In this document: in pieces, positions 1 to 8,782 of the stretch
Layout of the letters: the number at the start of each line of letters is the position of its first letter
Numbering within the stretch: the first letter of the stretch is position 1
Assembly (NCBI GenBank): GCA_016839945.1
Contig: JAEOTE010000113.1
Location: 1 to 24,324, forward strand
DNA: 24,324 nucleotides
Reading direction: 5' to 3'
Origin: Candidatus Heimdallarchaeota archaeon
GTDB lineage: Archaea > Asgardarchaeota > Heimdallarchaeia > Heimdallarchaeales > Heimdallarchaeaceae
Program-made: the position numbers and the translations under genes
The notes under the pieces: model-generated
What the model was told of the DNA's origin: nothing
Database searches by the model: none
Seen by the model: the letters and a program-made list of their open reading frames with translations, nothing else

Positions 1-402
1 CCAGACATTCCAGTTCAAGGGCAGGATATAGAAATTGTTGCAATAGTTCAAGATAACAGTGATATTGCTCATGTAAGAATACACATTCTATTAGAAGGAG
101 AAACTAGCTGGTTTGTAACTCATATGAGATGGTCTGGAGGTCAGAAATGGAAATACAATTTTGTGATCACTCATATTGAAAGTCAACCATTTATTTACTT
201 TGTATCAGCAATAGATGTCCATGATAACTCAGCTAATAGTACCATTGAAATTGTATTTGTTCAGAGCAGTAGTCAAAATTTCTTTGATAATCCTATTGCA
301 ACAATCGCTATAAGCGCATTATCCGGAGCTCTTCTCTTGGGTATAATCTATGTTATAATAAAGATAATAACAAGAAAATCATTGAAGATCTTCTCTTCTT
401 AA
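1..402 (+). CDS. C-terminal part of a membrane-anchored surface protein (Ig/FN3-like domain, C-terminal TM, basic tail); 5'-truncated by the window edge
   Basis: The frame of the 124..402 ORF stays open back to base 1 (PDIPVQGQDIEIVAIVQDNSDIAHVRIHILLEGETSWFVTHM...). The 'V.A.V.D.S.I..V...Y.V.A.D..DN' pattern is typical of archaeal Ig-like surface domains. It ends IAISALSGALLLGIIYVIIKIITRK. Confidence 0.75.
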   Translation, partial: PDIPVQGQDIEIVAIVQDNSDIAHVRIHILLEGETSWFVTHMRWSGGQKWKYNFVITHIESQPFIYFVSAIDVHDNSANSTIEIVFVQSSSQNFFDNPIATIAISALSGALLLGIIYVIIKIITRKSLKIFSS

Positions 403-431
403 TATTTTTAAAGAAAAAAAGAAAAAAGAGA
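403..431. terminator. T/A-tract intergenic region between convergent genes (probable bidirectional archaeal terminator)
   Basis: TATTTTT follows the + strand stop. AAAGAAAAAAAGAAAAAAG reads as a T-tract on the - strand just after the stop of 432..1007. Confidence 0.45.
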
Positions 432-1007
432 TTAACTTCTTATTTCTTGAATCCATAATGATCTAGGATAATCTACATAAGTATCTATATTGAGCCATAG
501 AGCATTCTCTCCAGCTACATCAATACCAGAATACCAATATACTCCAACTGTGTAATTTCCTGCTGAAAGTGTTTGAGTCTTAAAGGTTATTGTGATATCT
601 TCTGAAAAGAATCTAAAATCTCCTGTTGCAGGAGCTAAATCAACGAAATAAATCATTGATGTTATATTACCTACACCTTCTACTACAAGATTGATGAAAA
701 AACTTACTGAGCCAGTAAAAATATCACTTAATTGTACTAACGAAAAACAGTCAAACAGAACAATCAAAGAAGAATTGCCTTGAGTTGTGACAGTTGTTTC
801 TGTATCTGGTATCAAAAGGCTAGTTAGATTAGCATCAAAAAGAATTGCTTGAGTATCAAATTCCTCATAGATTGATTGAAGCAAAATATTCTCATCTGTA
901 ATCTCATCTTTCATACCTGGGTATAGAAGAGGAAGAACAAAGTAAACAACAGGGCTGATAACTAAAATAGATATTAATACGCTTGCTAAAATTGCTTTTC
1001 CTGACAT
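432..1007 (-). CDS. N-terminally membrane-anchored hypothetical protein, predicted beta-sandwich (C1q/BclA-C-like); paralogue of 3656..4237
   Basis: 191-aa ORF with an N-terminal TM (ILASVLISILVISPVVYFVLPLLYP). Shares LQS, TQG.SSL..LF, L.AG....VYW.S and RSL.IQEI with 3656..4237. Confidence 0.8.
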   Translation of the reverse strand: MSGKAILASVLISILVISPVVYFVLPLLYPGMKDEITDENILLQSIYEEFDTQAILFDANLTSLLIPDTETTVTTQGNSSLIVLFDCFSLVQLSDIFTGSVSFFINLVVEGVGNITSMIYFVDLAPATGDFRFFSEDITITFKTQTLSAGNYTVGVYWYSGIDVAGENALWLNIDTYVDYPRSLWIQEIRS

Positions 1008-1287
1008 AAAATCACTTTTTTTGTTTTAAGGATGAACAATCCTATCTTAGTGAAGCAACTGTTTCCTATTAAGTATTATCCACAATAAAACTAAAATAAG
1101 AAAATATTAATTCGCAAGTCTTACTGAGTCATCCAGACAATTCCAAAACAGTTGCTATTGTTGTTTGTGTTACTTTCTTCATGAAATGTTGTTTACAAGA
1201 AAAACATGAAGAAAGAAAATATTGAGAAAAGAAAAAAATACAATAGCTTTTTAACTTCTTTATCCATCTAGATATTTGGTGCAATTA

Positions 1288-1836
1288 ATGAAAAAGAAGC
1301 ATATTTGTTTTCTTCTTATTGCTATGTTTATGATTGCAATTCCTATACAGATTTCAGCTGTATCTCGAACAACAACTAGAAATGAAGATGATGGCACAGT
1401 ATATACTCTAAAAGTCAATCACCCAAGTGTTTACAAAAATCTCACCCTATATGAACTATATTTAGAAGTCGAAGCTATTACTTTTGGAACTTTGGAAGGA
1501 GTTATTGTTGCTTTTTATGACATTAAAATATACATTACTTTCTCTGGAGATACATATTTTCACAATGATAGTGTAGCTCTCCCAGACATAAACTCTGAAG
1601 GGGGAACTAGTTCTATTACTAGGTCGTATAATTTATCAGACATTGCTGATGAGAGTTTTGTTCTTGCAACAAGTTTCTCTTTTAAGGGAAATAATACTCA
1701 AGGTGAAGATCCAAGTTATGGTTTAATATGGGTTCTTGGTATAATGGGAGTAAGAGAAGCACATATAGCAATTATAGCTCCGATTCTAGCAGTCATATGT
1801 TTAACATATCTTGCGCAGAAAAAAAGAAGAAGATAG
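1288..1836 (+). CDS. Secreted/surface protein with signal peptide and C-terminal TM + KKRRR anchor
   Basis: The ORF track starts at TTG 1276. ATG 1288 (MKKKHICFLLIAMFMIAIPIQISA) follows GGTG and gives a canonical signal peptide. C-terminus IAIIAPILAVICLTYLAQKKRRR. Confidence 0.75.
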   Translation: MKKKHICFLLIAMFMIAIPIQISAVSRTTTRNEDDGTVYTLKVNHPSVYKNLTLYELYLEVEAITFGTLEGVIVAFYDIKIYITFSGDTYFHNDSVALPDINSEGGTSSITRSYNLSDIADESFVLATSFSFKGNNTQGEDPSYGLIWVLGIMGVREAHIAIIAPILAVICLTYLAQKKRRR

Positions 1837-2000
1837 TTAAGAAATAGAAGTAATAACACAAGAAGAACTACATGCTTCTATTGTTAATTAAACATATATT
1901 TTCTGTTTCACCTTTTGAATGGAATGAACATCAATTTACTTTTTATTAATATTCTTTGAACAAGAAGACAAATTTACTTAAATGGGAAGAGATTTAAATT

Positions 2001-3599
2001 TTGAAGACTAAATATAAAGGACTATTGATGTCTCTAAAACTTAAAGGTTATTATTTACCTCCTTCTTTTGAAGATTTGGAAAATAAACTAGAATTTATAG
2101 AAAGAGAATTACTTGATTCTACTCTTATAATACCAAAATATTTTAGTCCTGAAATAGCAGAGAAAATTGTTTTAAGATTAAAGAAAAATCATAAGAAAAT
2201 AATGAATTTAGATACTGCAGAAATTGCTCAGATTTACAATAAAATAGGAGAAAAGTGGAGCACAAAAAGTGAATACTCAAAAAAGGATATTGCTCTTAAA
2301 TATCTACCAACACTTACAAATTACTCATCAGAAATGATTCAGTTTTATCAATTTACTAGTATGGAACAGGTTAACAAGACTATTATTAAGAATCTTATTA
2401 ATTATCGATTTCCACCAGAAGTTTTTCGAAGGTTTATCCAGATTCCCGAAACAAAGACATGGATACGTGCTTATTCGAATTTGTTTAATAAAATTAGATT
2501 AAAACGGATCATAGATTCAGAATTAAGAGAAATCAAACTTATTACATATATTACACCAAAAAATGTTCCAGGAATTATAGAAGCTATTGGAATCTTTCTT
2601 GGGCATATGATAAAGTCAACAGTTTTAGTCAAAACTCCCTATGAACAGCCTTTATTTGCCCCTTTGTTTGCTGAATCAATAAAAGAAATTTCACCAATCC
2701 TAAGTGAATCTATTGTAATAGTTCCTTGGAAAGGTGGGCACAAAAAACTTGAAAGAAAGATTTATTCACATTCTGATGTAGTTAGTATTGTCTCAAGTAA
2801 TCGTACTATTAATATTATCAGAAAAGACATCAAGAAACTGAATAAAACAGGATGCGACATTAAAGGATGCTACCATGGTCAAAAATTTGGTCTCGACATA
2901 GTATCTAGAGAATATCTTATGGATGAAGAGGATGCACGAAAAGTTGCAGCTCTAATGGCTCTGGATGGTGCAGCTTATGAAGGATTTATGTGTTCAAGCC
3001 CTGCATTAGGATTTTTCGTTGAACAGGGTGGAGAAATAAATGGTTTGGAATTTGCTAAATTAGTAAAAGAAGAATCTAGTAAAATAGCAAAAATAATACC
3101 CCAAACTGAGAAATTTAGCAAAGATCGGGAGCTACAACTTTCAAAAATATTGACTCATCCAAAACTGAAAGAGGAAACATTTCATGAATCAAATGAAGGT
3201 TTTTCTATTATATATCACCCCAAATTTGAGTTAAAACCTATAGGTCAAAATAGACTACTGAGGATTTTTGAAATCGCTAAAATTGAATTTCTTATCAATA
3301 AATTAAGACCTTGGAGAGCATATTTACAAACAGTTGGTATCGCTATTCCAAATGAACGTTTGTTCGAACAAAAAATCGCGAAAAAACTTGGAAAAGTCGG
3401 ATTTTCTAGCCTTCGAGTTGTTGGATCAGCATGCATACCTCGATTAGGGGAAACATGGGATGGAAGTTATCCAATCTATGAATATTATATACCTGATTTC
3501 GTACACTGGCAATCAATAAACACTGAAAATATTTCAGAAGAAATCTCAAGATTGTATTCCTTATTTCAAAAATTAATTACAAACGGAGTTTATAGTTAA
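2001..3599 (+). CDS. LuxC-family acyl-CoA reductase (aldehyde dehydrogenase fold); start may be ATG 2028
   Basis: 532 aa with ITYITPKNVPG (H/Y-I-x-x-x-N-V-P), VLVKTP, WKGG, HGQKFG, catalytic Cys in YEGFMCSSP (cf. DQxxCxSP), YLQTVG, LGKVGFSSLRVVG and the terminal WDG motif. All are hallmarks of LuxC/acyl-protein reductases. Confidence 0.8.
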   Translation: MKTKYKGLLMSLKLKGYYLPPSFEDLENKLEFIERELLDSTLIIPKYFSPEIAEKIVLRLKKNHKKIMNLDTAEIAQIYNKIGEKWSTKSEYSKKDIALKYLPTLTNYSSEMIQFYQFTSMEQVNKTIIKNLINYRFPPEVFRRFIQIPETKTWIRAYSNLFNKIRLKRIIDSELREIKLITYITPKNVPGIIEAIGIFLGHMIKSTVLVKTPYEQPLFAPLFAESIKEISPILSESIVIVPWKGGHKKLERKIYSHSDVVSIVSSNRTINIIRKDIKKLNKTGCDIKGCYHGQKFGLDIVSREYLMDEEDARKVAALMALDGAAYEGFMCSSPALGFFVEQGGEINGLEFAKLVKEESSKIAKIIPQTEKFSKDRELQLSKILTHPKLKEETFHESNEGFSIIYHPKFELKPIGQNRLLRIFEIAKIEFLINKLRPWRAYLQTVGIAIPNERLFEQKIAKKLGKVGFSSLRVVGSACIPRLGETWDGSYPIYEYYIPDFVHWQSINTENISEEISRLYSLFQKLITNGVYS

Positions 3600-3655
3600 C
3601 AATTAAACAATAAATTCAAAAATAAAAAAGGAGGGGAATTTAAGAGAAACAGAAT

Positions 3656-4237
3656 TTATCCACGATAAATTTCTTGAATTAGTAAAGATCGGTGATAGCT
3701 CATTGTAGGGTCATAGATAAAGAAATAATTTGTTCCTACTGCATCTTCTGTAGATCTCCAATAAACTGAAATATTATGTGTACCAGCTATAAGAATTCCT
3801 GTATCTAGATTGATAGTTAAATCGAAGGAAACATATCTGTAATCTCCAACCACTGGACCAAAATCATGGAATGCATGAATAACAGCTCTATTTCTAGTCC
3901 CTCCAACTACTAGATCTATTAGATACTCAGATTTTTCTCTCCATGCACCATTAAGATACATATGACCTACAGCAGAAAAAAGTATATTTAGACTTGAATC
4001 ACCTTGAGTCTCTATAAGCCAAGTAGTATTAGGCATCATCTGATATGTAAGCTCATTGTCATAGATTAGTGCTTCAGAGTCAAAAAGAATATATTCAGAT
4101 TGAAGCACAATTCCAGTTACATCATCAGTTACATCGCTTTTCATGTTAGGGTAGAGGACAGGTAATAAGAAATAAGTAGCAGGAGCTAAAATCAAAATCG
4201 AAACAATCACACTAGCGAAAAACACTTTTGCAGACAT
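3656..4237 (-). CDS. N-terminally membrane-anchored hypothetical protein; paralogue of 432..1007
   Basis: 193 aa: MSAKVFFASVIVSILILAPATYFLLPVLYPNMK...VLQS...TQGDSSLNILF...LIAGTHNISVYWRS...RSLLIQEI. Colinear with 432..1007. Confidence 0.8.
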   Translation of the reverse strand: MSAKVFFASVIVSILILAPATYFLLPVLYPNMKSDVTDDVTGIVLQSEYILFDSEALIYDNELTYQMMPNTTWLIETQGDSSLNILFSAVGHMYLNGAWREKSEYLIDLVVGGTRNRAVIHAFHDFGPVVGDYRYVSFDLTINLDTGILIAGTHNISVYWRSTEDAVGTNYFFIYDPTMSYHRSLLIQEIYRG

Positions 4238-4373
4238 AATTATAACCTTTTCTTTGTATTTTAAACAACTAAAGTAATAGTGTATGACTTTGGTTATTAA
4301 ATATTCTTCAAAAATAATAATTTTTGCAGAAATACTGGCTCTTTATATAATTAACAATGCTGAAATTTAGATT

Positions 4374-5216
4374 TCATTTCTTAAATAGAAGAGATATCAA
4401 GTCTATAAAGAATATCATGAATCCAATTCCACAATAACAATTACATCCTTCTAGAGATTGAAGACATACCTCAATTTTTATAGGTTCAAAATCATCCTGA
4501 GGGTATAAACCAGAATAACAGTATGTTCTTCCTTTTGTTACATTTAAAGTTCTCACAATCACTGCAAGAACTGTAGTAACTACACTCATACTCATAGTTA
4601 TTGAACCTATTATACATAATGCTGTAAGTTCTGGATTATTAGAAAAGACTATCAGCATAACGAATCCACCTACGAGACATAAGATTATTAGAATCAATAG
4701 AACATTATAGATTATCAGTGATGGAATTTTTTTTACTTTCAAAGGTTTTTGTTCAAGTTCCTTTGCAGTAAAAACAGGACCTTTATTGCAGCATCCAGCT
4801 CTTCCTTCTGATGCAATTAATATGTTAACTCTAACAAGAGGAATTAGGGATATTAGAAATGCAATAATCAAACTAGAAACTAAAAATCCATAAGTAAGCC
4901 CATCATATTCAATCCATCTATTAGGATACAATCCATATATAATTGATGAAATTATAATTGCTAATACAAAAAAGAAATTTATTATCAGAATCGTTCTTTT
5001 ACGCTTTTTTGAGGGTATCTTTTTCACTTTAGTAGAACCTTGAATTATTGCTTTTGATTCTTTCTCTTTTTTTTCTTCATTAGAAAGTGAGATTGGAAGA
5101 TGTTTTTCTTTGAAATCAACAATCAAATCTGCTAAATCTTCTCCACAATATGTACAGTTTCTTTCTGAAGAAAGATGCTCCATTCCACAATTTGGACATA
5201 AAACTCTATCTGACAT
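4374..5216 (-). CDS. Zinc-ribbon membrane protein (paralogue A): CPNCG/CxxCG ribbon, two TM hairpins, Cys motif and C-terminal hydrophobic segment
   Basis: The ORF track gives 4374..5234. ATG 5216 (MSDRVLCPNCG) aligns with the starts of the paralogues. About 5 hydrophobic segments; LEGCNCYCG near the C-terminus. Confidence 0.8.
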   Translation of the reverse strand: MSDRVLCPNCGMEHLSSERNCTYCGEDLADLIVDFKEKHLPISLSNEEKKEKESKAIIQGSTKVKKIPSKKRKRTILIINFFFVLAIIISSIIYGLYPNRWIEYDGLTYGFLVSSLIIAFLISLIPLVRVNILIASEGRAGCCNKGPVFTAKELEQKPLKVKKIPSLIIYNVLLILIILCLVGGFVMLIVFSNNPELTALCIIGSITMSMSVVTTVLAVIVRTLNVTKGRTYCYSGLYPQDDFEPIKIEVCLQSLEGCNCYCGIGFMIFFIDLISLLFKK

Positions 5217-5360
5217 AACAAAAATACTATTCACATTTAGAAATAAAAGGTTTTTGTGATTATTTTGTATTGTGGAAAAATAAGGAGAGAAAAAGCTTTT
5301 GAGGAATTCTCTGCGAATAGTTTAATTACTAGATTTGTTCTAGACTATTTTGGTGATATA

Positions 5361-6980
5361 TTGAAAAAGAGATATGCAATTTCTCTCATTTTGATTTCTT
5401 TTATGATAATTTCTGTTATGTTTATACAAGTTAAATCTGAAAAGAATAATCCAGTTGTGGAAGAAATAACAATCGAGTACATTCCATCACCTCAGATACT
5501 TATAGAGAAAGATGATGATTTCAACAACTTTGCATTCCCTGGAAATGGAGATCCAGATAATCCATATATGATTCAAAATCTTAATATAACTGCTCCTGGT
5601 TCATATGGTATAAGTATAAGTGATGTTACAAAATATTTTGAAATAAGAGACTGTTACATCTTTGCTGATGATCCAATAATCTTGGACACTGTTCTTAGTC
5701 TAGAAACTTATGTTGTTAATAATACTCTAAAATCAGATATTTTTTCAGGTAATGGATTACACATAAATCAGACAGATGATATTCTGATTCAAGATAACAA
5801 CTTCTATAATTGTGCATATGGAATCTATATAGAAAATGCTATCAATCTAACGATATCTGAAAACTACTTCTATGAAAATTGGTATTCTATTCAAGGATTC
5901 CATTTTGTAAATTCTCTTATTGAACTCAATACATTTGAAAAAAATTATGCTTTTGAGATTGTCAATAGCGGCTTACTAGATATTTTTAATAACACATTCT
6001 TAAACCATCATCTTGGTTTAAGATTCAGTACTGTTGATAATACAGATCTTGTCGACAATGTGTTTATTGATACTATAGAGTATGCAATTTATTTTCATTC
6101 TGGTACAGATAATAAAGTTTATCATAATTATTTTATTAGGAATGCAATACATTACTTATCTCAAGTATATGATGATTCACACACAATTGGAAATGTTTGG
6201 CATTATGGAGGTGTAGGGAATTTCTGGAGTGACTTATATGAAAAAACAATCTACCCAATTGATGGTACAGATTATACTTATGATCTCTATCCATTTTACA
6301 ATTCGGATAGTGATGAACTTAACGATTATGAAGAAGAGAAGATTTATTTCACTAATGCATATGATAGTGACACAGATAACGACAATATACCTGATGATTA
6401 TGAAGTGAGAAATGGGCTCAATCCACTTGTAAATGATGCTTCAGGGGATGAAGATTTAGACGAACTTACAAATATTCAAGAGTACTGGTTTGGAACTTCA
6501 CCAACCGATTCAGATAGTGATAACGATTTAATGAAAGATGGGTATGAAGTTGAACATTCACTTAATCCTCTTGTTGATGATCGAGACCTGGATCTAGACG
6601 CAGATGGTCTCACAAATTTTGAAGAATTTAATCTTGGTACTTTTCCAAATAAGATTGACTCTGACTCTGACGGAATGGAAGATAAATGGGAAGTAGATAA
6701 CAGTCTTAATCCCTTAGTTAACGATGCCTGGGATGATCCTGATGAAGATTATTTAAACAATTTCATGGAATTCATCTATAACTGCGATCCTTCTAATAAT
6801 GACACAGACGGAGACTCTCACATCGATGGTTGGGAAATAGCTCAAGGAACCAATCCTAATGATTCTTCAGATTTTCCTGATGAATCTATGACAACAGTAG
6901 AAAGTTCCTTTGCACTAATAGGAAGCATAGTATCGTTGATATTTATAGTTGGTTTGTGTCTAAGAAGAAGAAAAAGATAA
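5361..6980 (+). CDS. Cell-surface protein: NosD/pectin-lyase-like right-handed beta-helix, bacterial thrombospondin type-3-like Ca-binding repeats, C-terminal TM anchor
   Basis: TTG 5361 after GGTGA gives the signal peptide MKKRYAISLILISFMII. Contains FPGNGDPDNPYMIQNLNI, parallel beta-helix repeats (GIYI..NxI..N.F), GNFWSD...YPIDG...DLYP and DxDxDxxxDxxE repeats. Ends LIGSIVSLIFIVGLCLRRRKR. Confidence 0.85.
   Translation: MKKRYAISLILISFMIISVMFIQVKSEKNNPVVEEITIEYIPSPQILIEKDDDFNNFAFPGNGDPDNPYMIQNLNITAPGSYGISISDVTKYFEIRDCYIFADDPIILDTVLSLETYVVNNTLKSDIFSGNGLHINQTDDILIQDNNFYNCAYGIYIENAINLTISENYFYENWYSIQGFHFVNSLIELNTFEKNYAFEIVNSGLLDIFNNTFLNHHLGLRFSTVDNTDLVDNVFIDTIEYAIYFHSGTDNKVYHNYFIRNAIHYLSQVYDDSHTIGNVWHYGGVGNFWSDLYEKTIYPIDGTDYTYDLYPFYNSDSDELNDYEEEKIYFTNAYDSDTDNDNIPDDYEVRNGLNPLVNDASGDEDLDELTNIQEYWFGTSPTDSDSDNDLMKDGYEVEHSLNPLVDDRDLDLDADGLTNFEEFNLGTFPNKIDSDSDGMEDKWEVDNSLNPLVNDAWDDPDEDYLNNFMEFIYNCDPSNNDTDGDSHIDGWEIAQGTNPNDSSDFPDESMTTVESSFALIGSIVSLIFIVGLCLRRRKR
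6300..6880 (+). repeat. About 8 coding repeats of ~24 aa (DxDxDGxxDxxE...G/SxNP), in alternating A/B types
   Basis: DTDNDNIPDDYEVRNGLNPLVN / DEDLDELTNIQEYWFGTSP / DSDNDLMKDGYEVEHSLNPLVD / DLDADGLTNFEEFNLGTFP / DSDSDGMEDKWEVDNSLNPLVN / DPDEDYLNNFMEFIYNCDP / DTDGDSHIDGWEIAQGTNP. Confidence 0.8.
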
Positions 6981-7035
6981 CCTTCTTCTTTCCTTTATTT
7001 TTCTATTTATGTTAAAAAAAATAAAAAGAATCTAT

Positions 7036-7653
7036 CTAACAATCGCATCCTCCGCAGTCACAACCACCGCAGTCTCCACAACCGCCACAATCTCCGCAAC
7101 CACCGCAATCACCACAATCGCCACAATCACCACATCCACAGTCACCACAATCTACACAACCCGAGCAATCACTACTACCACAGTAACAATCACATCCACT
7201 TAAATTACATCCATAACAGCAATTATAGAAAAATCCTCTTCTTCTAGGTCTAAGACATGTGCTTGTTGCTGAAGTAGCTATGAAAAGAAGACCGAATGTT
7301 CCTATCAAAGCAAAAATATATACTTCGTAAATACCTAAAACTAAAACATAAGCAATTAGACCAATAGTAGCAAGTAGAGAAAGAAAGCTGAAGATAGACA
7401 TAGATGTTGTAGTCTTTCTTCTTGGAGGTTTTTCGATATCTCCAGGTCCTATATCACTAGGTCCTTGATGATAAACTCTTGAAGGTTCTTCCGGTTTAAC
7501 ACCTTTAGCAGGTCCTTTTTGTTGATATTTAATTGGAAGGTGTTTTCGTTTAAAGCGCAATATAACTTCTTCTAAATCATTGCCACAATTCTCACAAAAA
7601 CGTCCATTTTTTTCGTGAGCTTTACCACAATTTGGACAATAAACGCCTTTCAT
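7036..7653 (-). CDS. Zinc-ribbon membrane protein (paralogue B) with TM hairpin and metallothionein-like Cys/Gly/Asp tail
   Basis: MKGVYCPNCGKAH...CENCGNDL, a Pro/Gly linker, two TM helices, then 22 Cys in the last 61 aa. TTTATA box about 30 nt upstream. Confidence 0.85.
   Translation of the reverse strand: MKGVYCPNCGKAHEKNGRFCENCGNDLEEVILRFKRKHLPIKYQQKGPAKGVKPEEPSRVYHQGPSDIGPGDIEKPPRRKTTTSMSIFSFLSLLATIGLIAYVLVLGIYEVYIFALIGTFGLLFIATSATSTCLRPRRRGFFYNCCYGCNLSGCDCYCGSSDCSGCVDCGDCGCGDCGDCGDCGGCGDCGGCGDCGGCDCGGCDC
7039..7221 (-). repeat. Low-complexity coding repeat (GDC/GGC)n
   Basis: On the + strand, imperfect 9-nt units (CCACAATCN/CCGCAACCN). On the - strand they encode CGDCGCGDCGDCGDCGGCGDCGGCGDCGGCDCGGCDC. 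Confidence 0.85.
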
Positions 7654-7797
7654 TACAAATTAATTGATTGTTAATCACTTATTTATAAATTTGTACGAAG
7701 TTATATAAATAAAAAAGGGAATAGAAGTTCTTAAGAAGAAATCTTTTTAGTTACAATATTAATATGTAATTTTGATATTTCAACTTGAGGAGAAAAG

Positions 7798-8736
7798 ATG
7801 AATCTTTGTTTAAAATCATTAGCATGTTTTTTAATAATGGTAGTAATTTTTAATCCTAATATCATACACTCAGATAATAATGCAATTTGGGGGGATTATG
7901 AAAAATCATATATCTATTCTTATGTTAAAGAAATCTACTTTTATGATGATTCTGGAAAAATAGCTGCAATTCAACAACATTCTAAAGAATATGATTTTTT
8001 TAATTTTTCAGTAAATAACAACATTCTTTTTTTCCGAACTTCTGATTATATGATTGTAGAACCTTTCCTTATTTACAGTACAATGGATGATTTAGGGAGA
8101 CTTCTAACTTATAAATTTGATTTCAAACAGATAAATATGAGTAGTATTAGAATAGGTTATGTTTTTGATGAAGAAAACAGATTATACTATTTAGTAGATG
8201 TACATCTAAAGCCTTTTGCTAATTTCTTTGAATTCTCTTATCCTTTTGATTTGATAAATTTATTCTTAATTAATCAGATTTGGGATTATTTCTATGGTAT
8301 ATTTCTACCTACAAAATCACCTTTCTTTGGATTTAAAACCGATTACTCTAACCATGAAAATTTTAATTGTATAACTTTTAAAATCGAAATAGATCATAAA
8401 TTTCGATATTCTGGACAAAAATATAATGGGTATGATATCAAAATAGAATTTACAGGTGGGACATATTTTGGTTATTCCGTTGTATTTGAAAACCACAAAA
8501 TTGAATATAAATATTCAGACATGGGAATATTATATTATTTTAAGGATGAAGCAGAAATCTATACGAACATTAGTAATACTGAAAATCTTGAATACAAATA
8601 TAACCAGTTAGTAAAACTAAGTGTTGCTGGAGAAAAAATGTTCAAATCAGATTCCACTTCTATTCTTATTTCTATTACTGCATTTTTTACGACTGTTATT
8701 ACGTTAAATAAAAAGAAGCGAAAAAAATTTAGCTAG
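7798..8736 (+). CDS. Secreted/surface hypothetical protein, Tyr/Phe-rich, with C-terminal TM + KKKRKK
   Basis: 312 aa. GAGGAG upstream of the start, N-terminal hydrophobic signal, C-terminal SILISITAFFTTVITLNKKKRKKFS. Confidence 0.7.
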   Translation: MNLCLKSLACFLIMVVIFNPNIIHSDNNAIWGDYEKSYIYSYVKEIYFYDDSGKIAAIQQHSKEYDFFNFSVNNNILFFRTSDYMIVEPFLIYSTMDDLGRLLTYKFDFKQINMSSIRIGYVFDEENRLYYLVDVHLKPFANFFEFSYPFDLINLFLINQIWDYFYGIFLPTKSPFFGFKTDYSNHENFNCITFKIEIDHKFRYSGQKYNGYDIKIEFTGGTYFGYSVVFENHKIEYKYSDMGILYYFKDEAEIYTNISNTENLEYKYNQLVKLSVAGEKMFKSDSTSILISITAFFTTVITLNKKKRKKFS

Positions 8737-8782
8737 CAAAATTTACTTTTAGATTTGTGTTTGTATCTTTGAGAAATACAAT

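Noticed and set aside
3245-3436. 63-aa - strand ORF
   Set aside because: Antisense inside the LuxC-like gene, with no motif.
2001-3599. Bioluminescence (lux) operon
   Set aside because: No luxA/B/D/E in the window, and LuxC-family reductases are widespread outside luminescence.
7039-7200. Possible CRISPR array or non-coding tandem repeat
   Set aside because: Units are imperfect 6-9 nt codon-phase repeats without unique spacers, and are explained by the protein sequence.
7009-7203. 64-aa Thr/Ala-rich + strand ORF that looks mucin-like
   Set aside because: It is the antisense shadow of the (GDC/GGC)n tail. The - strand gene has a conserved family N-terminus and its own promoter.
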